Shown here piece after piece: positions 26,801 to 37,185 of a stretch of 64,000 nt of DNA. The stretch covers positions 53,136,001 to 53,200,000 of the forward strand of contig OZ249436.1 of assembly GCA_965235115.1 (NCBI GenBank), in the 5' to 3' direction. The DNA is from Laetmonice hystrix (lineage: Eukaryota). How positions within the stretch are numbered: the first letter of the stretch is position 1; each line of letters starts with the position of its first letter. The notes beneath the pieces were generated by a model. The model ran no database searches and was not told where the DNA came from. It saw only the letters and a program-made list of their open reading frames with translations. Made by a program: the position numbers and the translations under genes.

Positions 26801-29800
26801 TTTATGGCTAGGATGCATTTATTTCTGACTTCATCTCTATCATCAGAAACAGCAGTCTTTAAGAGTACGGGATTAATGCTATTTGGTGTGTTAGTGTCTT
26901 CAGAGTTTCTGGAAAGTGTCAGATTAAACTTTCTTTAAGTGATTCACGTGTTTTGAATTTTGACGTGAAGAGAAGGGAGACGTTTTAGAAATTCTTATTT
27001 TAATTGAAACTGAGACGCTAATTGTGGGGAGCCGGGGAGAGAGGGGATCGATGGAGGATAAATAATTAATTTTTTGGGATAGTGATGGGTTACGATGGGG
27101 CGCTTTGGTCAAGGATAAGGATGGCCGTCATTGAGGTAAGTACGTGAGTATACTTTAATTGTTTATTATGCCTGGTAGTTGTTGTACCAGACTGTGGACA
27201 GTAGACACCAACCTGCATGGTTTAGCTGGACACTAGCATGGCTCCTTAGTCGTCCATCTAGGGTTAAACCACTCACCAAAGGTCTCTCCTCTTTCCAGTT
27301 TTGCCTCTTTATAGGTGTCATATTTTTCATCGAAATTGGATTTGCTGCTTTTCTATTCATACAAAGAGAATGGGTGAGTTGCATCTCAAGTTTACTGTGG
27401 TACATAATAATATATGTGTAGAATAGAGTGACAAGTATATCGCATCGGCAAGTGTTTGCTGAATCGGTATTTACTCCGTCAGAAAGTACACTTTCTGCGT
27501 TGGACATTTACTTTTACCATATACACGTACATCACAACTGTAAGAGCGTTGGAGTGTGTATCATCAGGTTTGTTTCTTTTGAACATGCTGGCCTTTCCTT
27601 TTTCAATAATCAGCATGTCCTAGTTGAACTGAAATTTTTATGGCCCACCAGATTAAATATTCATGTAATGCGGAATTTATTGCTGCATTAGGGAGACACT
27701 GTCAGGGGAAAAAGCCCGTCAAACTTGTATGATTGATAGGAGGTGGAACAAGATCCTGAAGAAAGCAGCTCACTAATGATGGTGTTTGGAACCAAGAGTC
27801 GCTCCATCAAGTATCTTTACAGAAAATAGTGATTGGACAGAGAAAAGTTAGAATTGATTAGGGGCTATGTGACACCACTAATGACGGGTCTGTCTAGGTT
27901 GTGAGGATTCGACCCCAGTAATCAATTCCATGTTACTGTTCATCAATTCTCTACAGTAAAAAGTAGCGACTTTATGATACTGGTGTAGTCCCTGTTTTCA
28001 GTGTAGAAAGTTACTTGATTATTCCAGTAGGACCTCATGGTTTAAAAAAAGACATAAAAAAGTGTTGCCTATTAATTAGAGACGTTTTTCCAAGGCAGTT
28101 TGACTAAGTTGCTGGTGAGAATACCAACGTATTCACTATGCACTTACCTACTTAAAACCTTCTGTCACCATAGAATCACATTACCTACCATGTGTTTCAG
28201 GTACGAGAACAATTAAATAGCACGTTGAAGGAAATGATAGTTCAGTACAGAGAGGATGCAGACTTGCAGAATTTGATAGACTGGGTACAAGGAGAGTGGG
28301 TAAGTAGCAGTCGTCTTCAACCTCAGGGACCTTTGTACAGGAAACTTTTCTCCGGGTAAACCTTTAACCTAAAGAGCATTCTGGCCCTGTTCTTGCTGAG
28401 GGAGTATTTAGACCCATTTTTAAGCAGTATGACTGCTTAGTTATTTATTGACTGGTTCCATTGGCACCTTTCGGGAAAGAGAATTTTTCGTAGGCATCCG
28501 TAAATGAACGATTTCAACAGCCAACTTTCGTAAACGTCTCCTGAAGGTCATTTATATTCCTTGAGGTGTTATATTGTTCTTGTTGTCTCGCTCAGACGCC
28601 ATTGCCATACCCCAGGGTGAGCCGTTTTGTAATGTTGACTCTTTCAGTTGCATTGTTGTGGGGTGGAGGACTTCAATGACTGGGAGAAGAACATCTATTT
28701 TAATTGCTCTTCCCCTAGTACAGAAAAGTGTGGCGTCCCATTCTCATGCTGCAAATTTTCACCTGAAGTAAGTTTTTTTCTCCCAATAAATATCATATAA
28801 TCAACTTATATTTGTATTTTATTTACATATTAAATTTTATGACTGACTTTGAGTATGTAGGCTGATTATTATGACATACACTTTTTTTAATGAAATCTGC
28901 AGGAATAAAAAAAATCCTCTTGTTGGTATGTTTTGCAGTTTAACATTATATTGAACCGTCAATGTGGCTATGGTACGCGAGATCAAGTGAAGGTAAGTGA
29001 AGAGACGATGGAGTAAAACATTGGTTATGATGTTGTAGGAGGGCACTTACTCTGCCAGGAATATGTGTGGAGTCTTTGAGGACGAATTCCACTTATTAGA
29101 ATAGGTGTATGCAAGCACCTTCTTCACAACTGTGCTAATTCATGTGTTGATTTTTAGTCCCAGACAATGATGACGTTGATATTTGATTCATTCACGTCTC
29201 ACTGTTATCCTCTTCATCCATTCTCTGTGCACCTGTAAAAGCTCAGAGTGTTGTTTCAGTTTTAGTCCATTTGAAATTTCCGGAACCTAGAAATGTTCTT
29301 TCCTATGAATTTTTTTTGTTGATTTATACTCTAATGGGGTCCTAGAACAAATTCAACTTGGTTGCCCAAAGGGCAACTTTGGGCAAATCTCGTAATCTGC
29401 ATAAATCCAAGATGGCCGTCCAACGCCACCTTGAAAATTTAACTTTTGAACTACTTGCCTTAGAATGATGTATAATACATCATTTTAGGGGTTTTTGGGT
29501 ATGTAGAATCCATTTCTGATGTTATTTTTTCAATTGAAAGTCAAGGTCAGGTCAAATTCAAGATGGCCGCCCAACGCTACCTTGAAAATTTAACTTTTGA
29601 ACCACTTGCCTTAGAATGATGTATAATACATCATTTTAGGGGTTTTTGGGTATGTAGAATCCATTTCTGATGCTATTTTTTCAATTGAAGGTCAAAGTCA
29701 GGTCAAATTCAAGATGGCCGCCCAACGCTACCTTGAAAATTTAACTTTTGAACCACTTGCTTTAGAATGATGTATAATACGTCATTTTAGGGGTTTTTGG

Positions 29801-32800
29801 GTATGTAGAATCCATTTCTGGTGTTATTTTTTCAATTGAAGGTCACGGTCAGGTCAAATTCAAGATGGCCGCCCAGCGCTACCTTGAAAATTTAACTTTT
29901 GAACCACTTGCCTTAGAATGATGTATAATACGTCATTTTACGGGTTTTTAGATATGTAGAATCCATTTCTGATGTTATGTTTTCAATTGAAGGTCAAGGT
30001 CAGGTCAAATTCAAGATGGCCGCCCAAAGCCACCTTGAAAATTTAACTTTTGAACCACTTGCCTTAGAATGATGTATAATACGTCTTTTATTAGGACCCT
30101 ACGCCAACTGCCTGTTTTTTCTTTTGAAATGCACGGGCATCAGGCGTAACCCAATTACTTTGACAATGTCCCTAAAGAGAAAAGTCGTATAGACTAGTCC
30201 TCTACAGGAATCGAACCCAGGCCCTAAGATTACTGCACCCATTCGCATAGCATAAGGAGTGATCAGGACCCTATATACGTCACCTGCCTGTATTTTTCTT
30301 TTGAAATGCACGGGCATCAGGGGTAACCCAATTACTTTGACAATGTCCCTAAAGAGAAAAGTTGTATAGTCCTCTACAGGAATCGAACCCAGGCCCTAAG
30401 ATTACTGCACCCATTCGCATAGCATAAGGTGTCGACATCCATGCCCACTAGGCCACCGCCACTCCCCTAAAAAAGGAGCTTTGGTGGTCGAGCAGGACAA
30501 TGGACCCTCCCCCCTACACACATCTTTTTGAAATGAGACGGAATCCATATTTTCCTAGTTAGAGCTACACATGATTTCTACCGAACATTGACTGTTAAGG
30601 TAATCCTGGCACTGGCGTAGACTGTATTTTTCTTTTGAAATGCACGGGCATCAGGGGTAACCCAATTACTTTGACAATGTCCCTAAAGAGAAAAGTTGTA
30701 TAGTCCTCTACAGGAATCGAACCCAGGCCCTAAGATTACTGCACCCATTCGCATAGCATAAGGTGTCGACATCCATGCCCACTAGGCCACCGCCACTCCC
30801 CTAAAAAAGGAGCTTTGGTGGTCGAGCAGGACAATGGACCCTCCCCCCTACACACATCTTTTTGAAATGAGACGGAATCCATATTTTCCTAGTTAGAGCT
30901 ACACATGATTTCTACCGAACATTGACTGTTAAGGTAATCCTGGCACTGGCGATTACGTCCCTATATTACCCACCCGGCTGTAGTGATTAGGCCATACCAC
31001 ACCTGACTGTAGTGATTAGAAACCTATATGTACCCCACCTGACTGTATTTTTCTTTTGATATGCACGGGCATCAGGCGTAACCCAATTACTTTGACAATG
31101 TCCCTAAAGAGAAAAGTTGTATAGTCCTCTACAGGAATCGAACCCCGGCCCCAAGATTACTGCACCCATTCGCATAGCATAAGGTATCGAGATTAGGAAC
31201 CTATATATCCCACCTGACTGTAGTGGTTAGGGCCCTATATACCCCACCTGACTGTAGTGATTAGGAACCTATACGCCACCTGACTGTAGTCATTAGGGCC
31301 CTATATACCCCACCTGACTGTATTTTTCTTTTGAAATGCACGGGCATCAGGGGTAACCCAATTACTTTGACAATGTCCCTAAAGAGAAAAGTTGTATAGT
31401 CCTCTACAGGAATCGAACCCAGGCCCTAAGATTACTGCACCCATTCGCATAGCATAAGGTGTCGACACCCATGCCCACTAGGCCACCGCCACTCCCCTAA
31501 AAAAGGAGCTTTGGTGGTCGAGCAGTACAATGGACCCTCCCCACTGTAGTGATTAGGGCCCTATATACCCCACCAAACAGTATAGTGAGGCCAAACAATA
31601 CAGTGAGGGCAAACAGTACAGTGATGCCAAACAGTGCACAGAGTCCAAACAGTACAGTAAGAAGTCATGGTACTGGCTGGCCTGTTTCCTGTGGGTTTAC
31701 AAGGGAGCCTCCTGTTTGTTACCAGCCGTTTATTGCCATTCTAAGACCCTAACCTGACCTTGACCTTCAATTGAAAAAATAACATCAGAATTGGATTGAT
31801 TCTACACACCCAAAAACCCCTAAAAAGACGTATTATACATCATTCTAATGCAAGTGGTTCAAAAGTTAAATTTTCAAGGTGGTGTTGGGCGGCCACCTTG
31901 AATTTGAAATGACCTTGACCTTCAATTGAAAACATAACATCAGAAATGGATTCTACATGCCCAAAAACCCCTAAAAAGACGTACAGTATTATACATCATT
32001 CTAAGGCAAGTGGTTCAAAAGTTAAATTTTCAAGGTGGCGTTGGGCGGCCATCTTGAATTTGACCTGACCTTGACCTTCAATTGAAAAAATAACATCAGA
32101 AATGGATTCTACATACCCAAAAACCCCTAAAATGACGTATTATACATCATTCTAAAGCAAGTGGTTCAAAAGTTAAATTTTCAAGGTAGCGTTGGGCGGC
32201 CATCTTGAATTTGACCTGACCTTGACCTTCAATTGAAAAAATAACATCAGAAATAGATTCTACATACCCAAAAACCCCTAAAATGATGCATTATACATCA
32301 TTCTAAGGCAAGTGGTTCAAAAGTTAAATTTTCAAGGTGGCGTTGGGCGGCCATCTTGGATTTATGCAGATTACGAGATTTGCCCAAAGTTGCCCTTTGG
32401 GCAACCAAGTTGAATTTGTTCTAGGACCCCATTAGAGTATAAATCAACAAAAAAAATTCATAGGAAAGAACATTTCTAGGTGGTGTATTGAACACATAGG
32501 ACTGTCAAATGGACTATTTTCGTGACCATTTACCATAATCTGAGTTAGCCATGGAGTATAAGCTGAGGGGTGACACCGTATTGTGATTTGTAAACATTTC
32601 TGTGACCAGAATGGGAACCCCGCCGACAAGATCTTCACAGAGGGTTGTCTAAAGGTGGGAGAGAAGTGGTTCAATGACAACCTCATTCCCGTGGCCGGAG
32701 TGGTCGTAGCAGTAGCTTTGATACAGGTGAGTAACCTCAGTCCTGGAGGCACGCTGGAGGCGGTCGCTCCAGTGGGCCTGATCTACTTGTAAGCCATCTC

Positions 32801-35800
32801 AGTCGTGGAACGGTTTGTTGTCCTTCCCTGGGTGAGAGAGCTCGTGCCTTGGCTGAGGGAATCGTAATGAAGGATCTATAGTGTGACGGCCTGCAGGGAG
32901 CAAGGCCTTGTGTGCATGTGCCTGTTGGTTTATTGTGTGGAGTTGTGTGGGTGTGTCCGTACAGATTTATGGGGTGGCACGTAAGTCTTTTGTTATAGGA
33001 ACAAATGAAAAACTAGAGACAATGCTGTAGAAGAAATGTTTCGTGGCCTTCCTGCAGCATGTTTGCACATACAGAGGCAGTAGATATCCGTTCAGTTTAA
33101 GTTTCTTATCTGCTTATGTCCTTGAGCTCGTCAGTTGCCCCATGAATCAAAACTTGGTCTCAGGGCGGTAGATTGTCCTGCTTGGTTTACAACATTAGTT
33201 TACAAGGGGGAGTACAGTTAGTTTCCAGGGGTGGAATGGTAAACCAGTTACACTGGTTTCATTTAAATTCTATGAAAGATAAACGTTTAATGTTTTTCTC
33301 TCTGTCTTACACAATGGGAGAGGTAAATTGCCCCCAGCCCGGTATGAATGCCCTTGATGTAACGGTATATGACAGAGCAGCATAGAGCAGAGCAATAGGC
33401 CATCAAAGGATTCCTCGTGTTCTACTCCTTGTAGTACCAGGTCACTGAGAAAACTTGATATAAATTAAAGAAAAATCCGATATCTTTAGTTACCTGTATT
33501 AAAAACGAAAATCCACAAGATATTATATGTGTTAAGTAAACCACATCCATAAGTCTTGCTGACCATCCAGATGAGGTCCGATCTGCAGAAAAGGAATTTT
33601 GTCCTGGGATATATTGTAGCTAAGAGTAACACACTTGTAAAACATAATCATTTCTCGTTTTTTTTGTTGGGTTGATAACCATAATAATCTGTAGCTTTCG
33701 TAATTGTAGTAGTAATTTGTCAATTATTCTTCCATTTGCATTTTTTTCAATTATTTGCTGTGTGTTTGAGGACTCATGGGGTGTGTTTCACAACATGACC
33801 TAACCACTTTAAAAAAAGAAATTGAAAAGACACATTCTCTTAAAAAGCAGATATCAAATTTGATAAATCTGTACCATTCCATAGTTGAGAAAGGCACCCT
33901 AGATTCTCATATCAATTTTGATTTGTCGATATAATTGTTGTTTGCCTATAGAGTTGTTTTCCTACACAGCGCACTTCAGCGGTAACTGTATTGAAATGTA
34001 TATTTGTAATTGGACCTGTCTTCTTTGTCGACTATTAATCTATATTTTACCACGTTACCTTAAGAAACACTAACCCGTACACCTATATTTGAAATAGGGC
34101 AGATTTATGTGGGGGAGAATAAAGTCAAAATCACTCAAGACTTCAAGCCCCCGTGCTACCTAGGCTACTGCTAAATCCATTGTACGTATGGTTGTACTAA
34201 CTACCAGCGTGAAACTTGGACGCTGACTCATTCATAGCAAACTTATACTAGACATAAGTGTAGTCTCTCAGGGGATAGAGGCCCTGATATTCCTCTGGAG
34301 TCTTAACAATAGAAACCCCAGCGCTGCAACCCACCCACCCACCCACCCCACCAATTCGATGTGTTGTACTGCAGTTTGAATTGAGCAAATACTTGCGTAC
34401 TGTCTCTTTGGTAGAAAAACTGAAAGTTTAGATGAATTTACCTGGACGCTTTGAACATTTTGAAAATGGAAAATTTTGCCAGAAAAGTGGCACGTTGGAT
34501 TAAGGTTCAGGTTATTGACAGCCCATTGGGTAATGCTGCTGTAATTCAGTGCACCCTGCTAACCAAAATATGTACCTTACATTTAATTTACGCCATTACC
34601 GATATAACATACAGTCGAGTCTAAACACAAAAGTTAGATTGAATGAGCATTTTGATCCCCCCCCCCTTTGCTTTTTGAAGCTTTACTAAGTAGAGTGTTG
34701 ATACCTCCACTGAATGCATTTAGATCTGAGATCATAATAACAATTCTGAACATCCATACTAATGCTGTCCTGCATGTATACTTCTCTTCTTGGACAGATA
34801 TTTGGTATCTGCCTTGCCACCAACCTACGCAATGATGTACAGGCCCAACGAGACAAGCTCGAATCCTTTGTATGAGACCATGCCCTGCTGCCGCCTGATG
34901 GCAAACCTTACTAACTGAACCGCCGACCGTCGCACCGTGTGGTGAAAAGTGATTCAATCGTGCCATTGTAAGATCTAAAGCTGGCGCTACACTAGGCGAT
35001 TCCATTGCGATCACGTTGAGATCACGTTGAGATTTCACGTTCCCACGGTCGCATCGCATAGTGTAGCAGGCTCCGTCGCCCATCGCAAGGTCGGCGCGAA
35101 CTCGTTGCGACCGTGGGAACGTGAAATCGCAAAGAATGAACATGTTCATTCTTTGCGACGACGGTTGCAGCTGAATCGCACCGTTTTCCTGCTTGCTACA
35201 AGTGTAGCCATCGCCGTCGCTCGTCGCAATGACGTGTCTACTGGATCAACCAACCAGACTGCGGCTAGCGCTCGAAATTCGCCTTTCGCGCCATTTTGGT
35301 TGAAATGAGGCGGCAAATCAGATGGGCTATCCCCTGTTCGATCGCCAAGTGTAGCAGCATTACCGATGCGACGAGCGAGAGACAAGCGACCAGCATCCCC
35401 CCGGTTGCGATGGGTCGTCGCAAGCAAATCGCTTGTTGCGTCGCCTAGTGTAGCACCAGCTTAAGGGATCCCCTACCCAGTGCAGTGATGACCTGTTCCC
35501 AAAGAAATCACCAAGAGTCGGATCAAAATGGGCTGACACTACACCGATTGAGCGGTCAGCGTAGACATCCGTCAACAGTTTTCTAAAGTGTTTGCGTTAT
35601 GTCTAGGTCGGATGGCTTAGTATCTTAAGAGACCCGTCGTGAAAGTGCGACCTGTGCAGTTGGTATGGTTCAATGTGATAGGTGCATATTCTCTTCGGTA
35701 GTCGGCAATTATAGGTGTACAGTATATGTCAGATTAGTGTTGGAAGACACAGGGGTCGTCCAGTGGCCAGGTCATACAAAATATACGCCACTGGAAAACG

Positions 35801-37185
35801 GTGATAGCATGTCAAGTAGATTTTTCTTTTAAAATTTTTTTTTTTCAATGAAAACGGTAGGCTGCAAATATTGAACCATGAAAATGATAAATCATAGGGA
35901 ACCGTTCCAACATAATAAATTAATTTATAAATGTAGGCATATGGGTAACTATTTTGATGCAGCGGTGTAATACAGTAATGGCAGTGTAATATTACCCGAC
36001 ACTTCTTCATTAACATGGTAAAAGCTCGGTGATGAGATATACACAAATATGCGGGTTATGAGAAAAGAGTCGGCCATGAAAAAGACGGATTGGATGTACC
36101 GTCACTGATTATACTGCAGTGTTATTTTTGTCATAAAACACGGGACGGGTTTCCGATCGTTGTCATGGCTGGACGGAAACCCTTCCGAATCCGAGTTAGT
36201 TTAAGGTCGAAACAAGAGATATTGCATGACTGGCGACCATTCCTCCTGCCAGAAACCTCTAGCCCGTCTACTTGTCCAGTAACCAATTGGATAAAAGAAA
36301 TGACATGGATGACCATCATCCATTCTACTTGTACCCATTGAGGTGAAGCGGTACAAAAAGATTCATGACCAAATCATATACATTGTACTGACTTAGGTTT
36401 TAGAAACGTACCGTCATAGACTTATCCAAACAAAACACACAAAAACTCCCCCAGCCCCGAAAAAATAAACATCTCGAACCCTGCGTGGCGTGCAGCTGTT
36501 GGTGAAAGACAACTGGTTAATCCTTATCTATGGCTTGTGATCAAGCAAAGTTTCCGTTTATTCTTGTTTTCATCACTGATACAGCATCCATATCTGTGCG
36601 GCTGAGCCTGCTTACCTTTGGTTAATAGGGAAGACTAGGCAGGAGGTCACATCAACGTCCGGCCGCATGTTTATGACTAGTTGGTGCAGTAGGGCTAATA
36701 CTAGATTGCTTCAATACTAAATCTAGCAGTCGGATTACGATAGCATTAAGTATAACATCGAACCAGTAACTAACCCTGTCAGTGTCTCTACCCCATGAAT
36801 ACGGCACGACACGAGTTTTACCAATGTTAACATGATGCTGCAGGGTTGGCGGAATCGGCAGGTCGTCAGCTCTTTCTATTTTTGTTTACTTATACCGACC
36901 TAGGTTTGATATTGTTTTTAATGAGCGGAGTGTTTGTGTGTGACTGATCGGTACGTCCCAAAGCTTGGCATGGGGAGATTAATTTATAAACGTGGCTTCT
37001 CACAAGTGAACCGCTGCATGAACGTACCGTATGGAGAAAGTGATGAGCAGCAGCTAATGTCGGTTATGTCAGTGATAATGGCCGCGCATGCGCCATCTGT
37101 TGCTCTCTTATCACAGATCCTCGGAATATGTTTTGCGGCGAACCTTCGCAGTGATGTCCTAGCTCAGCGCGCCAAGTGGATGTAG
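20672..37185 (+). CDS. TspanC8-subgroup tetraspanin (TSPAN5/17/33-like), 5'-partial multi-exon gene model
   Basis: Phase-0 GT-AG exons join in frame to 242 aa (with one TM3 exon): WAWSEK, DPALIF, GCVGALREN, YREDADLQNLIDWVQ, CCG, NIYFNC, CGVPFSCC, NRQCGYG, IFTEGC, ILGICFAANLRSDV. Eight Cys in the large loop define the C8 subgroup. First coding exon not located in the window. Confidence 0.95.
21545..21697 (-). mobile_element. Internally deleted copy of the 14630-14975 repeat family
   Basis: Reverse complement matches both ends of the 14630-14975 copy, with the middle missing. Confidence 0.6.
23088..23162 (+). CDS. Tetraspanin TM3 exon, variant A (YCVAIGIIFGAQLVFGIFAFVYKDW)
   Basis: Long pyrimidine tract plus ctttcag acceptor, gtgagc donor, 75 nt, phase 0/0. 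Matches the TSPAN5-type TM3 ending AFVxKDW. Not in the ORF track. Confidence 0.9.
23500..24959. mobile_element. Non-autonomous TIR DNA transposon (hAT-like termini, 6-bp TSD), copy 1
   Basis: TIR CAGGGATGAAAGT / ACTTTCATCCCTG; AAAGTA on both flanks; near-identical to 56862-58339; no transposase ORF. Confidence 0.92.
25908..26613. repeat. 30-bp minisatellite, ~24 units (one truncated)
   Basis: Unit GCTGCTGGGACAGCATGGCAGGCACCTTGA, highly homogeneous, truncated unit near 25997. Confidence 0.97.
27299..27373 (+). CDS. Tetraspanin TM3 exon, variant B (FCLFIGVIFFIEIGFAAFLFIQREW)
   Basis: ctctcctctttccag acceptor, gtgagt donor, 75 nt, phase 0/0. Aligns without gaps to variant A (xCxxIGxIF...W). 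Confidence 0.9.
28201..28299 (+). CDS. Tetraspanin exon (large loop helices A/B)
   Basis: tttcag/gtaagt, 99 nt, VREQLNSTLKEMIVQYREDADLQNLIDWVQGEW. Confidence 0.95.
28648..28767 (+). CDS. Tetraspanin exon (CCG region)
   Basis: ctttcag/gtaagt, 120 nt, LHCCGVEDFNDWEKNIYFNCSSPSTEKCGVPFSCCKFSPE. Confidence 0.96.
28939..28992 (+). CDS. Tetraspanin exon (NxQCGY)
   Basis: ttttgcag/gtaagt, 54 nt, FNIILNRQCGYGTRDQVK. Confidence 0.93.
29263..32516. mobile_element. Foldback-type non-autonomous DNA transposon (possibly Academ-like) with tandem-repeat arms
   Basis: Terminal IR TAGTCCATTTGA / TCAAATGGACTA flanked by TTT on both sides. Inner IR from 29285 and 32481. Left arm of 151-bp units (CAAGATGGCC at 29408, 29559, 29710, 29861, 30012) is mirrored in inverted orientation at ~31750-32358. 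Superfamily assignment is inference from the termini and 3-bp TSD. Confidence 0.85.
30112..31542 (-). repeat. Five copies of a tRNA-like A/B-box unit embedded in short CACCTGACTGTAGTGATTAGG subrepeats
   Basis: Copies at ~30112-30257, 30288-30617, 30622-30951, 31043-31190 and 31318-31542. All contain GGAATCGAACC (B box on the minus strand); three also contain CCACTAGGCCA (A box). Confidence 0.88.
32610..32726 (+). CDS. Tetraspanin exon (last loop Cys and start of TM4)
   Basis: tgtgaccag acceptor (weak pyrimidine tract, so the start is less certain), gtgagt donor, 117 nt, NGNPADKIFTEGCLKVGEKWFNDNLIPVAGVVVAVALIQ. Confidence 0.9.
34979..35461. mobile_element. PIF/Harbinger-type (Tourist-like) MITE, 483 bp
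   Basis: TIR AGCTGGCGCTACACTAGGCGA / TCGCCTAGTGTAGCACCAGCT (one mismatch), TAA on both flanks, CpG-rich interior. Confidence 0.88.
37117..37185 (+). CDS. Tetraspanin terminal coding exon
   Basis: ctctcttatcacag acceptor, ILGICFAANLRSDVLAQRAKWM then TAG. Confidence 0.95.
   Translation: MLGICFAANLRSDVLAQRAKWM

Noticed and set aside
34634..35575. Cluster of overlapping 70-170 aa ORFs
   Set aside because: Explained by the GC/CpG-rich MITE at 34979-35461 within a tetraspanin intron; no protein features.
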